From assembly GCF_028641065.1 (NCBI RefSeq), contig NC_073393.1, positions 31,496,001 to 31,560,000 of the forward strand: 64,000 nucleotides of DNA. Reading direction: 5' to 3'. Numbering within the stretch: the stretch's first letter is position 1; every line of letters begins with the position of its first letter. The stretch comes from Leucoraja erinacea. Lineage: Eukaryota. A program made the position numbers and the translations under genes. A model generated the notes under the pieces. That model saw only the letters and a program-made list of their open reading frames with translations, searched no databases and had not been told where the DNA came from. This document shows, piece after piece, positions 11,375 through 21,899 of this stretch.

Positions 11375-11760
11375 AAGACGAGTAGGAGTGGACCGCCTGG
11401 CCCCTCCAGCCTGCCTCACCATTCAATATGACCATAGCTGACTCACGCAGGCCTCAATTCCCCCACTGCTCCAAAATCCCCAGAGCTCTCAATCACACTG
11501 ATCATTCGAAACATTATCATCCTTCACGTTAATTCCAATGAGCTCGCCTCCAGAAATCTCTAGGATAGAGAATTCTTGAAATTCACTACACTCTTCAAGA
11601 TGAAATTTCTAAGCACCACAGTGTTAAATGACTGACCCCCTCATCTCAGTTCCCTGGTTTGGGTTTCTCCCACAAGTGAAAACATCTTGACATGTACTCT
11701 GTCATTTCTCCTTCGGATCATAAAAATGTCACTAAGATCATCTCTCATTCTTGTAAACTC
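11375..11760 (-). mobile_element. Old CR1 3' fragment
   Basis: GAGTAGGAGTGG...CCATTCAATATGACCATAGCTGA... is the reverse complement of a CR1 3' end. Confidence 0.6.
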
Positions 11761-11886
11761 TAAATGCAAATATCATTTTACATAATACTCACTTTCAAGA
11801 GCAATAGGGATGTACCTCAACAATCACACTAAATCTGTTTTCTGTTTTCTGTATCTAAATCTGAATTCTGTTTTAGTTTATTTCCA

Positions 11887-12206
11887 GGGCAGCACAGTGG
11901 CTCATCGTTAAATTTGTTGTCTTACAACGCCAGGGACCCGTGTTGAATCCTGACTGCGAGTGCTGTCTGTACTGAGTATTGTACATTCTCTCTGTGACCA
12001 CGTGGGTTTTCTCCAGGTGCTTCGGTTTTCTCCCACACTCCAAAGACGTACAGGTTTGTAAGTTAATTGGCTTCAGTAAAATTGTAAACCCTTCCTAGTG
12101 TGTAGGATAATGCCAGTGTACGGATTGATCGCTGATCGGCACGCACTCGATGGGCTGAAGGGTCTGTTTCCACACTGCATCTCTAAAACCAAAAACTAAA
12201 GCTAAA
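11887..12206 (+). mobile_element. V-SINE (HE1-like)
   Basis: GGGCAGCACAGTGG head, V-domain, CR1-like tail. Confidence 0.88.
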
Positions 12207-12976
12207 TCTCCAAGACTCGCAGCATTAAATGGCGAGTCTTTTGATCAAAGTACTCTATACACCTTAACATAAGCTGCTGGATGGAAACTTACAACAAAAT
12301 TGATGAAATTGCTCTTGACAGACTCAATAATTTCTGAGCTTGTTCTGTAACTTTGGATTTGTTGCTGTTATACAATTCATTAGATCTGATGCAAGCAATC
12401 ATGAACTTCTTTTTTAGTTTTGCAATGAGAACTGTTGGCTTGGCTTCACTCCCAACCAACCAAAATGAAGCTACATGCCTTCGGGTGGAAGGAGGTAATC
12501 TAATCTAACTGATGAGGGGGTTGTGTGGGGAAAGGCTGTCAAAGAACTTTCAAAGATAATCAGTTAAGTCCATGTGACAAACCATCGTTCAGGAAATAGA
12601 AATAATAGCTAATTTCAGCTTTGCTGTAAATCAAAGGAAATTGCAGGAGTCTTTATATCTTCCCGTGCTGTCAGTGGTGTAAATGGTTTGGTGGTGAGAA
12701 TTCCTGTGGTGCGGCTGAACCATACGGATGTAAGTGAAAAGCTGCAGAGCTAAGGATTCATGTTATATTATTGTTGGCAGCGGCCATTTATTTCAATCAT
12801 TGAGTATAAGATTGTGTCACTGATGGAGAACCTGCATTGCAATCCCTAGATGTAACACGAGAGTAAACCAATCCATTGTCCTTCAGAATCAAAACTTCAC
12901 CAGAACTAAGCTTGCAACTCTGCTCTAATTTCTTTACAAAGAACGCTAGCATAACACTCATAAACAAAAGTCTTAA

Positions 12977-13180
12977 TTTAGTTTAGTTTATAGTTTAGTT
13001 TAGAGATACAGCATGGAAACAGGCCCTTCGGCCTATCGAGTCTGTGCTGACCAGCGATCCCTGTACACTAGCAATATTTTACACACTAGAGACAATTTAC
13101 AATTTTTACCAATTAACCTACAAACCTGTATGTCTTCAGTGTGTGGGCGAAAACCGGAGCAACCGGGGAAAACCCACACA
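12977..13180 (-). mobile_element. V-SINE, 3' half only
   Basis: (GTTTA)n tail, GGAAACAGGCCCTTCGGCC and V-domain; head absent. Confidence 0.85.
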
Positions 13181-13730
13181 CTTTCTTGTTCTTTTTGACT
13201 GAATCTACAACCTCTTTGGCCATCCAAGTTTCCCCGACATTGCCATCCTTATCCCTTCGTATAGGAACTTTCCTGTTCTGAACTTCAATGCAACTGGACT
13301 TTAAATGACTCCCACATCTTAGATGTGGACTTACCCAATAACATCTGATAACAGTGTAACCTCCCAAGCTCCTCAAATAACATTGCAGCTTGCCTTGTTC
13401 CAATTTAGTATCTTCCCACAAGGTCCCACCTTGTTCAAAACAAACTTAAAGCTAATGGAGATGTAATGACTATCCCCAAAATACTCTTCCACTGAAACGC
13501 CAGTCACCTGGCCAGGTTCATTTCCCAAAACAAGATCCAGTATGTCCCCTTCACTTGGATATACCTCACAAATCTGCCCTCTCTAAGCCTTTGCAACAGA
13601 GAAAGTCCCAGTTAATATTGGGGGCCACCGGGACAACCCTGTTGCTTTAGCATCTTCTGATAATCTGTTGACATATCTGTTCCTCTATCACCCGCTTACT
13701 TTTGTGGAGCCTATATTTCAATCCCATCAG

Positions 13731-14050
13731 ATTTAGTTGAGTTTAGTTGAGTTTAGTTTATTGTCACGTGTGGAGTGAAAAGCTTTTTATTGTGTATTAT
13801 CCAGTCAGTGGAAAGACTATACGGTTACAATTGAGCCATCCACAGTGTACAGATACAGGATAATCGGAATAACATATAGTGCAAAATAAAGTCCAGTAAA
13901 CTCCGATTAAAGATTGTCCGAGGGTCTCCAATGAGGTAGATAGTTGCTCAGGACCGCTGTCTAGTTGTTGATAGAATGGCTCAGTTTCAGATGGAAGCTG
14001 GGAGGAAACTATCCCTGAATCTGGAGGCGTGCGTTTTCACACTTCTCGTG
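13731..14050 (-). mobile_element. Rex1/Babar-type 3' end inserted in CR1
   Basis: Minus-strand GTGACAATAAACTAAAC/(CAACTAAAC)n tail; 3'UTR similar to 27900-28185. Confidence 0.75.
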
Positions 14051-14989
14051 TTTGCTCTTCCTTATTTTAAGCTCTAATCATATCGCCTCAGTGGACCAAT
14101 CCTCCAGTTGCCTCTGAGCACCGCCATGACAGCCGTGCTGATTAGTAGCGCAACTCCTCCACCTCTTTTGCCTCCCTCTCAATCGCGTCTGAAACATCAA
14201 AACCCCGGAACATGGAGCTGCCAGTTGTGTCCCTCTAGCAACCAGGTTTCCACAATGGCCACAACATCATAGTTCTAAGCACCGATCTGAGACGTTAGTT
14301 CATCTGCTTTCTCTACAACACTCCTTGCATTGAAATAAACACATTTCAGCCATCAGCCTCGCCATATTCCCTCACCTCTCCTTGCCTGTCCTTCCTTTGG
14401 GGCATAATGGTCCTAACCTCCACATTCTCATCACTCCTTCCAAATTCTGATCTACTACTGGTTCCCACTCCCCTGCATCTCAAGTTTAAACTCTCCCAAG
14501 TAGCACAAGCGAATGTCCCAGCAAGGATATTGGTCCTTCTCCAGTTCAGGTGCAACTGGTCCCTCCTGTAAAGGTCACCCCTGCCCAGAAAAGATTCCAA
14601 TGGTCTTAAAATCTGAATCCCTGCCCTCTGCACCAATTCCTGAGCCACGCATTAATCTGTCCTGCCTGTCCTATCTTTCTATTCCTACCCTCACTAGCAA
14701 ATGGCACCAATAGTAATCTGGAGATTACTACTCGCTGGGTTCTGCTTTTTAATCTTCTACCTAACTCGCTATATTCACTTCCAGGACATCGTCCCTTTAC
14801 CATCTTATATAATTTGTGCTAATGTGCATAATGACTTCCGTCTGCTCACCCTGCTCCTTGTATAATTCTGCAGATGCTCTAAGACATCCTGGACCCAGGC
14901 ACCAGGGAGGCAACACACCATCCTGAAGTCTTGATTGCTGCCACAGAATCCCTTGTCAATGCCACCAGCTCACGGGCCTCCTATCATTA

Positions 14990-15346
14990 TGTTAGAAATA
15001 TTTTCCCAACAAACGACAGTCACAGCAATTGAGATCCAACTGAATGTTTAATACCTGGGAGAGGATCGCACAGAGTACAGGAGTCTGAACGAGCCTCTCT
15101 GCCGCAGCAGCACCCCACTCATTCCTTTATACAATGGAATAAACAAGGACGTATCCACCACAACTTAATCTCATCACGCAGGCATCGACCACAACTTACT
15201 CATCACTCCGGTGTGCAAAGTACAAAACCACAGTCAGCACATGATGTCATCCAAAGAGGCAGTCTACAAGCAAGCATCTGCTTGTCCATACATTATTCTT
15301 AAAGGTACAGACCCCGATAACTATAGGAATTAATTTTTATATCACA
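14990..15346 (-). mobile_element. Probable solo LTR (Gypsy-like) inserted in CR1
   Basis: TG...CA termini; minus-strand TATAAA (about 15126) and ATTAAA (about 15045); CR1 sequence resumes on both sides (CTATCA / CTATCGCTCTGCC). Confidence 0.55.
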
Positions 15347-15446
15347 CTATCGCTCTGCCTGACTTCACTTTTCCCCTTTGTGCTCTGAGTCAGGATCGAC
15401 GCCACAAACCTGACTGTTGCTGCCCTCTTTTTACCTGAGAGAGGAT

Positions 15447-15931
15447 CGCCCCCCTGCAGGAACTATACAGCAGGAGGTGCAACTCCAGAGCAAGTAAAAT
15501 CATGGGAGACCCCTTCCACCCCTGCAACGGACTGTTCCAGCTGCTACGGTCAGGCAAACGCCTCCGTTGCCATGCGGTGAGAACGGAGAGGTTGGGAAGG
15601 AGTTCTCTTCCCAGAACAGGCAATTCGGACTGTAAACGCCTATCTCACCCCCCTCGGACACTAATTTATTTTTTATTCAAAACGTTTTTATGTCCTTCCA
15701 TGCATTTCGTTTCTTATGTAAAAGACAATTAAAATTGAATGTGTCTGAATGAATTGTGTTCTCATAATTTGTACAATGGTTAAACAAGGACGTATCGTTT
15801 TCTCATTGTTTGTCTTTTGCACAAAACAGTCCGCGAGCTGTCATCCCACTTTCATTACAAGCACTGCACATCTCGTATGTACAGACCCCAATATGTGGAC
15901 AAATAAACTTGACTTGCCTGACTTGACTTGA
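15447..15931 (+). mobile_element. Rex1/Babar 3' end (same subfamily as 47833-49136)
   Basis: [32 protein letters not shown]; AATAAA followed by a (CTTGA)n tail. Confidence 0.9.
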
Positions 15932-15970
15932 CCTTTGTGCTCTGAGTCACGACAACCACAAACCTGATGT

Positions 15971-15997
15971 CCCCCCCCCCCCCCCCCCCCCCCCCCC
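15971..15997. repeat. Poly-C run (27 nt)
   Basis: Homopolymer seen directly. Confidence 0.9.
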
Positions 15998-16199
15998 ACC
16001 CCCTCGCCCCACCAACATTATCTAAAGTGGGAAGTGGATGTCCAGTCAGGTGAGGGAGCAAGAAGTCAGGTCTGTGGCATTGAGCTCGGCTCTAAGGCAC
16101 AGCGGGGATGCACTCATTTAAAATGTTAAATTCATTCTAATTCCGAGGAGACAATTCTAAATAATAAGGAAGACAAAAAAGCTCTCTGTGCAGGAATGA

Positions 16200-16325
16200 A
16201 GGGAGAACTTCAAAGTAGGCATACATACCTCAGTAGAAGGGTTCCGATCCGAAACATCAACTCGTTCTTTTCTCCAAAGATGTTGCCTGGTCCACTGAAG
16301 TACACCAGGATTTTGAGCCTATCTA
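16200..16325 (+). mobile_element. Penelope-like pLTR remnant
   Basis: AGAAGGGTTCCGATCCGAAACATCA...GATGTTGCCTGG. Confidence 0.65.
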
Positions 16326-17220
16326 CAAGAGTGTCTTTGCTGAGAACAAACACATTTTAACTAAGTTACTCCACTGAGATGCAAAACTTTCATGATAGAT
16401 CACAAATATTAATATGAATTATATAACAGCTTCTCTGCTGAGGTATTTCAATAAAACAGGATTTGGAGACCACATTAAAAAGGACAGACTGCCATATGTC
16501 TTTTTGATGATGTGTTTCATTATCCAGATTGGCCAAGTCCATCGTTAAGGTTGCTATTTTAACCTGTTGTTATTACAATTTTTCTTAGTATTTTAAATGA
16601 GCACATTTTAATTCTCAGCTGAAATAAATCTGACAGGCTCATGTTAATGTAGTCTGATAACTGATGAAGCTTTTTAATTTGTGCTGGATTAATAAACATT
16701 GTACTCATGGACATGAGCTAAGAGCTGCACCATGCTATTTGTAGAGTTTTGCCAAAAATACAATAGTAATATTTCCTATTTTCTTGGAAAAATCTAAACG
16801 TGCTGTGGAAAGCCTTATCTTGGCTCCGCTAGGCTATTTCAACTCTTGATTCAAGCCAGCTGTCCAGCCATAATTCTTGTGAAAAGATGTTGATTTGTGC
16901 TGTAAAATAAGCTAATTCCTTATGAAGAATCATAAAACTTCAAGGAGGCTCTTAATAGGACTGTCAAAAAATGCACTCTTGGAATGATCCCTACTCAAAT
17001 GGTCTTGATAAGTGTGTCATGACTGACTTCAACCAAGGCACCATTGGGAGTTCTAGAGTTGACATCCCTGAGCTAAAATGAGCAAAATCCCCGGCAACAA
17101 CCTATGCAAATGTACCATTGTGAGCTGCCAAATAAGCCAAAGATGCTCTTTCACCCAATGCACGCTCAGAGGATATTGTTCCAATTTTATCAGTTGCAAG
17201 TCACATGTGAGATGTCATAT

Positions 17221-17763
17221 AGATCAGACGCCCAATTTAAACAAGAGATGGTTAATTAGTTGGCAGACACATTGAATATACACCATACGCCGATGGTGTA
17301 TTTATGAGTACTTGATCAATGTAAAATAATGGAATTTGCAGGACAGATAAAGATCATTCACTTCATCAAATCTGAGAGGTAAAATAAGATGTGGAATTAC
17401 ATAGGTACACAAAATTGCTGGAGAAACTCAGTGTGGAATATGTGGAATTACATAGTTCTTTTCAGGACCTTAGAGTATCCCAGCCATTGAATTAAAGAGT
17501 AGCAACATTTGTATTATATAAATCACATTACCTAATATGTGTATGGTCAGCTGGAAAACACAATAACTTAACTTAAATTGTGAAGTTAGTGTTTGCACCA
17601 GCCTAGGACAGGGTTGAGGGTTTAGGATCACCTAAATCCCAAAACTTTCAGGGTTACCTTACAGATCAGACACCCATTTTAAACAAGAGATGGTTAATTA
17701 GTAGGCAGGCACATTGAATATATACCATACAGCAGTGGGGTATTTATGAGTACTTGGTTAATG
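17221..17763. repeat. Dispersed 101-bp direct duplication (17221-17321 / 17663-17763)
   Basis: AGATCAGAC.CCCA.TTTAAACAAGAGATGGTTAATTAGT...TATTTATGAGTACTTG occurs twice. Confidence 0.9.
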
Positions 17764-17902
17764 CACTAACATTTTTGACAACTTTGATCCCAAGGCTTTG
17801 GACCTTTTGCACCACTAAATGGTCATGCACAAAGCATTGGGATCAAAGTTGAGTCCGTGGAATTGAGAAAGCAGATCTTGCTTGAGGATAGACACCTTGT
17901 AT

Positions 17903-17936
17903 GGTCTGAAGAAGGGTCTTGACCCGAAACGTCACC
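17903..17936 (+). ncRNA. Type I hammerhead ribozyme motif (minimal, PLE-associated)
   Basis: Core CUGANGA (17906-17912), stem II GGGU/ACCC, GAAA (17926-17929), GUC triplet (17931-17933), helix I GGU/ACC. Activity untested. Confidence 0.6.
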
Positions 17937-18037
17937 TCTTCCTTTTCTCCACAGATGCTGCCTGAACCGTTGAGTTATTCCGGCATTTTTGTATCTATCT
18001 TTGGTGTAAACCAGCATCTGCAGTTACTTTCTACACT
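17903..18037 (+). mobile_element. Penelope-like pLTR remnant with intact minimal hammerhead core
   Basis: GGT-CTGAAGA-A-GGGTCTTGACCC-GAAAC-GTC-ACC, then the family 3' segment GATGCTGCCTGA...GCATCTGCAGTT. Confidence 0.8.
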
Positions 18038-18380
18038 TCTTGCATGAGGAATACAAATTGAGTCAGGATCTTGATTAGGGAGTTGGGGTAGAATGTTGTG
18101 TAAGAACATGCAAAGCCTAGGTCAGGATTCTGTCAATGTGCATATATGGGCCTGAGGAGCCTTGATCTAGACCCACCAGAGTTGATTTGGAAGACAGAAA
18201 TAAATGCTGGGTGATTAGGGAGTCAGAAATTGTATCGGGAGCAGAATGAGGTGGAGAATTTGGAAGTTGAGAAGCAGAACTGGGGTGAAAGGGGAGTCCA
18301 GAGTTTTGCAAGGTGGATGGGTGGCTGGTCAGTTCCATTAGGAGGGATGTTCTAAAGTAGAGGTTAGTATGAGATACCAC

Positions 18381-18516
18381 TTGGAGACACAAGAGACTGC
18401 AGATGCGGGAATCCTGAACAAAGAACAAACTATTGGAGGACCTTAGCGAGTCAGGCAGCATCTATAGAGAGAAATATTCAGACAATGTTTTGGGTTGGAA
18501 CTATTCTTCAAGACTG
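18381..18516 (-). mobile_element. Penelope-like pLTR remnant
   Basis: ACTGCAGATGC...GTCAGGCAGCATCT...TTCTTCAAGACT. Confidence 0.65.
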
Positions 18517-18577
18517 GAGTAGAGGTTAGATGACTAGTAGAAAGACCTGAAGGGAAGCTTTTGCAGTTTTCACTTAC

Positions 18578-18795
18578 AAACAACTTACAATGGCCTGTTT
18601 CCCGTATCATCGTGACTTTTTTTTGCATATCATTCATTCATTGTTCTTTATCTCTCAACATCACCGTCTATATCTCTCGTTTCCCTTGTCCCTAACCAGT
18701 CTGAAGAAGGGTCTTGCCCAAAACGTCACGCATTCCTTCTCTCCAGAGATGCTGCCTGTTCCGCTGAGTTACTCCAGCTATTTGTGTCTCTCTTC
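18578..18795 (+). mobile_element. Penelope-like pLTR remnant (longer form)
   Basis: Pyrimidine-rich leader, then AGTCTGAAGAAGGGTCTTGCCCAAAACGTCAC...GAGTTACTCCAGC; the inverse homologue lies at 55478-55660. Confidence 0.8.
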
Positions 18796-19082
18796 GAGCT
18801 GAAGGGAAGGGCTGGGGCAATTGATAGGTGGATCCAAGTAAGGTGGGGTTGATTGGTTGATGATCAGGTGGGTGAGAGAAGGGTGGAGATAGTGAAAAAG
18901 GAGGCAGGTGATAAGTGGGGAAGATGTAGAACTGCAGATGATGGAATCTGAGAAGAAAATGATGTAGGAGTGAAATGTAGAACGAAAAGGAGGGGTGGTG
19001 AATAATGTCTGTAATTTAAAAAAAATGCTAGTCTCAACTTAGCCATAAAGGCCCCTTTGTCCTGGCAGCAGCACAGGGTGGA

Positions 19083-19299
19083 AGTATTGGCCAGGACACA
19101 TGAAATAAAACCCCAAATCTTCTCCATAATAATTCTATCCACTTGAGAGAGCGATCATGTCTTGATTTAATATCTCATTTAAGCTACAGCGCCTCAGGAC
19201 CACAAAGCTGTGTCGGCTGGACGTTTATGCTCCAGTCCCTGGAGTGGAATTTGAACTTACAACCTTCTAAGAGGCAAACATGCTGCCATCTGAGCTACA
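19083..19299 (-). mobile_element. Ancient Deu-domain SINE relic (SacSINE1/AmnSINE-like)
   Basis: TATTGGCCAGGACAC...TCCACTTGAGAG...TTTAATATCTCAT...CTGGAGTGGAATTTGAACTTACAACCTTCT resembles the reverse complement of a DeuSINE head and Deu domain. Confidence 0.6.
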
Positions 19300-19690
19300 T
19301 ATGTTAATGCATGCAACTTACTCTCCAAGTGAAATATTCTACTCTGAACCCACCTCCCAGTACCCTTCTAGTTTCCTTTCATATTTTTGCATTTTCAAAT
19401 TATACTTTAATTCTATTAAACATTATTCTGTAGCTTTTGGCTGAAAAGATGCATATGATACATTTCCAACATCTGTCTGCGTAAACTTTCAGTTCATTTT
19501 TCCAATGACAATCCTCAACCTATGAACTTTTGCTTCGGAATTGTCAATGAATGAAAACAATTGTTCATTGTTTACGGAGTTGGCTTGGCTCATTTAGACT
19601 ACGGCTAAACGTTTATGGTCTCAGATAACTGCTGAAGGGTTGGAGCCCCTAATCAAAGATATTTATAACCATAATGCCGAGGAATTCAAG

Positions 19691-19952
19691 TTGTTAGAGG
19701 TGCCAACTTTCAGATGGAACATTAAACTGATCCCTTTACTTGTCTATCTCTTCAAATGGATGTAAAAAATCCAATGAAGCAAGTTAAAAGAAGTTCCTGT
19801 CCAGTATTTAAATCTTTAAATATCACTGCCTTTACAGTACTAATGCACATTCGAATATTACTTTCTGAAGATTAATTTTCTGCACAACAATAAGTGCACT
19901 TCAAACGTAACGTATTGATATGAGTGAGACGCTATATAAAAGTAATTTCTTT
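19691..19952 (+). mobile_element. Ancient Deu-domain SINE relic
   Basis: GAGGTGCCAACTTTCAGATGGAACATTAAACTGA...GGATGTAAAAAATCCAATG...GACGCTATATAAAAG tail. Confidence 0.6.
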
Positions 19953-20206
19953 TCACTACCTTAAAATTTCTCACATTTTTACGATTTTATTGACTAAAAC
20001 TTGACTTGAGTACAAAAGATTATCAGGGATTCCAAAATATGCCATTGGCGTGGACATAGGAAAAGGACTATCACAGGGCAGGTAGAATTGATCAGAGAAC
20101 GGAAGGCAAAGCTACTTTCAAAAACAGAAGGCATGGATGAGGTCTTGAATGGGCAGTTTACAACTGCCTTCTCCAAGAGCAAAGAAACTCATAAAAGAAA
20201 GCTCAA

Positions 20207-20320
20207 TCAGACTGACAAAGATCCCGATCCAAAACATCAGCTGCCGGTCCTCTCCATAGATGCTGTCTGACCCGCTGTGTTCCTCCAGCACTTTATGTTT
20301 TGCTCTAGATTCCAGCAACT
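20207..20320 (+). mobile_element. Penelope-like pLTR remnant
   Basis: GATGCTGTCTGACCCGCTGTGTTCCTCCAGCAC...GATTCCAGCA. Confidence 0.7.
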
Positions 20321-20325
20321 GTTAT

Positions 20326-20601
20326 TTTAGTTTAGTTTAGTTTAGAGATACAGCGTGGAAACAGGCCCTTCAGCCCACTGACCAGTGATCCCCGCACATT
20401 AACACTATCCTACACACACTAAGGACAATTTACATTTATACCAAGTCAATTAACCTAGAAATCTGGACGCCTTTGCATCGTGGGAGGAAACCGAAGATCT
20501 CGGGGAAAACCCACCGGGTCACGGGGAAAACGTACACTCTCTGTACAGACAGCACCCATAGTCAGGATTGAACCTAGGTCTCTGGTGCTGTAAGCACTGT
20601 A
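20326..20601 (-). mobile_element. V-SINE (5' tip replaced by a fold-back segment)
   Basis: (GTTTA)n tail, V-domain with CCGAAGATCTCGG, B box. Confidence 0.88.
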
Positions 20602-20768
20602 AATGCCAGAGATCCGGGTTCAATGCTGACCTCGCATGATGTATGTGTGAAGCTCATGTGATCACAGGGAGAATATGCAAACTGCACACATACGTCATGC
20701 GAGGTCAGCATTGAACTCGGATCTCTGGCATTGAGGCAGCAGCTCTACCAGCTATGGAAGTGTGCCGG
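20602..20768 (-). mobile_element. Older V-SINE head with 48-bp inverted duplication
   Basis: Arms 20602-20649 and 20685-20732 are reverse complements with 2 mismatches. Confidence 0.8.
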
Positions 20769-20906
20769 CAATAGGTCATATGATACATCTAGTAACCATC
20801 TTTGGCAACTCTGCCTACTTGCCATATTTTGTTTGACCAGCGCCCTTTGTCTTTTTCAAAAAAAATAAATAAAATCCATTGGGTTGACAGAAAGATTAAC
20901 TTGAAC

Positions 20907-21218
20907 TTAGTTTTAGTTTCAGAGATACAGCATGGAAACAGGCCCATTAGCCCACCAAGTCTGCGCCAACCTTAAACACCTGTACATTCATTCTATACTT
21001 TCCAACTCCCGACAGACGAAGGGCAATTTAAAGAAGACAATTAAACTACAAACCTGCGTGTCTTTAGAATGTGGGAGGAAACCGGAGCACCCGGAGAAAG
21101 CCCACGTGGTCACACAGGGAATGTACAAACTTCAGACAGACAGCACCCGTAGTCAGGATCATACCCGGGTCTCTGGTGCTGGGATTCAACAACTCTACCA
21201 CCTGTGCCACCTGTGCCA
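20907..21218 (-). mobile_element. V-SINE
   Basis: Tail GGAAACAGGCCC, V-domain ACCGGAGCACCCGGAGAAA, B box. Confidence 0.87.
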
Positions 21219-21745
21219 GCAGTGGGTCATGTCATATATTCAGTAATGTGTGTAATTTTCTTTTTTTGGCAACTCTGCTTACTGGCTGGCTAAACTTTAT
21301 GAGTTATGCGTCTTTTTTGAAATTTTAAACAGAATCCACTGGGTTGCCAGGAAAATTAACTTGAATTTCAAGCAGTTCTGTGTAACGTATATAATGTAAA
21401 AGGCAAAACTACAACCTGCAATGTCATGAACTGAACTCATGGGAAAACACATTGACAGCAGATGGATAACCAGCTCTGGGGTACATATCACTGTTTAAGG
21501 CGAATGTTTTATTAAAAATATCTTGGTGAAAACGAGCAACAAATGCAGCTGTTTAGCCTGTCAGTACTCTTTGCTCCAATACTTGCTGAATTCCCTGCTG
21601 AGGAATAAGCTTTCAATTAGCCAGTACATTTAACTGAGTGAATGCTTCTGCAGCCAACTGTTTGCATGAGATCCACATTCTTTTGTACAATCAGGTCAAC
21701 TGCCCAGACCTGCATTGACTCTTGAAATCGCTGATTAAACTGCAA

Positions 21746-21899
21746 GTGTGTAGGAAGGAACTGCAGGTGCTGGTTTACACTGAAGATAAACACAAATTGT
21801 TGGAGTAACTCAGCGGGACAGCCAGCATCTCTGGATAGAAGGAATGGGTGACATTTCTGGTCGAGACCTGAAGAAGGGTCTCGAACCGAAACACCTATT
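21746..21899. mobile_element. Penelope-like pLTR with inverted junction
   Basis: Minus-strand pLTR joined at GGTCGAGAC|CTGAAGAAGGGTCTCGAACCGAAAC to a plus-strand hammerhead segment. Confidence 0.75.

Larger units (their letters stand above)
13181..15420 (-). mobile_element. Degraded CR1 LINE 5' portion (ORF1 esterase, ORF2 endonuclease region), interrupted twice
   Basis: ORF1 SGNH-esterase-like fragments (VVISRLL, INAWLRNWC.GQGFRF, LYRRDQLHLN..TNILA) at 14346-14960, and APE-region remnants at 13181-13730 and 14050-14340. Confidence 0.75.
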
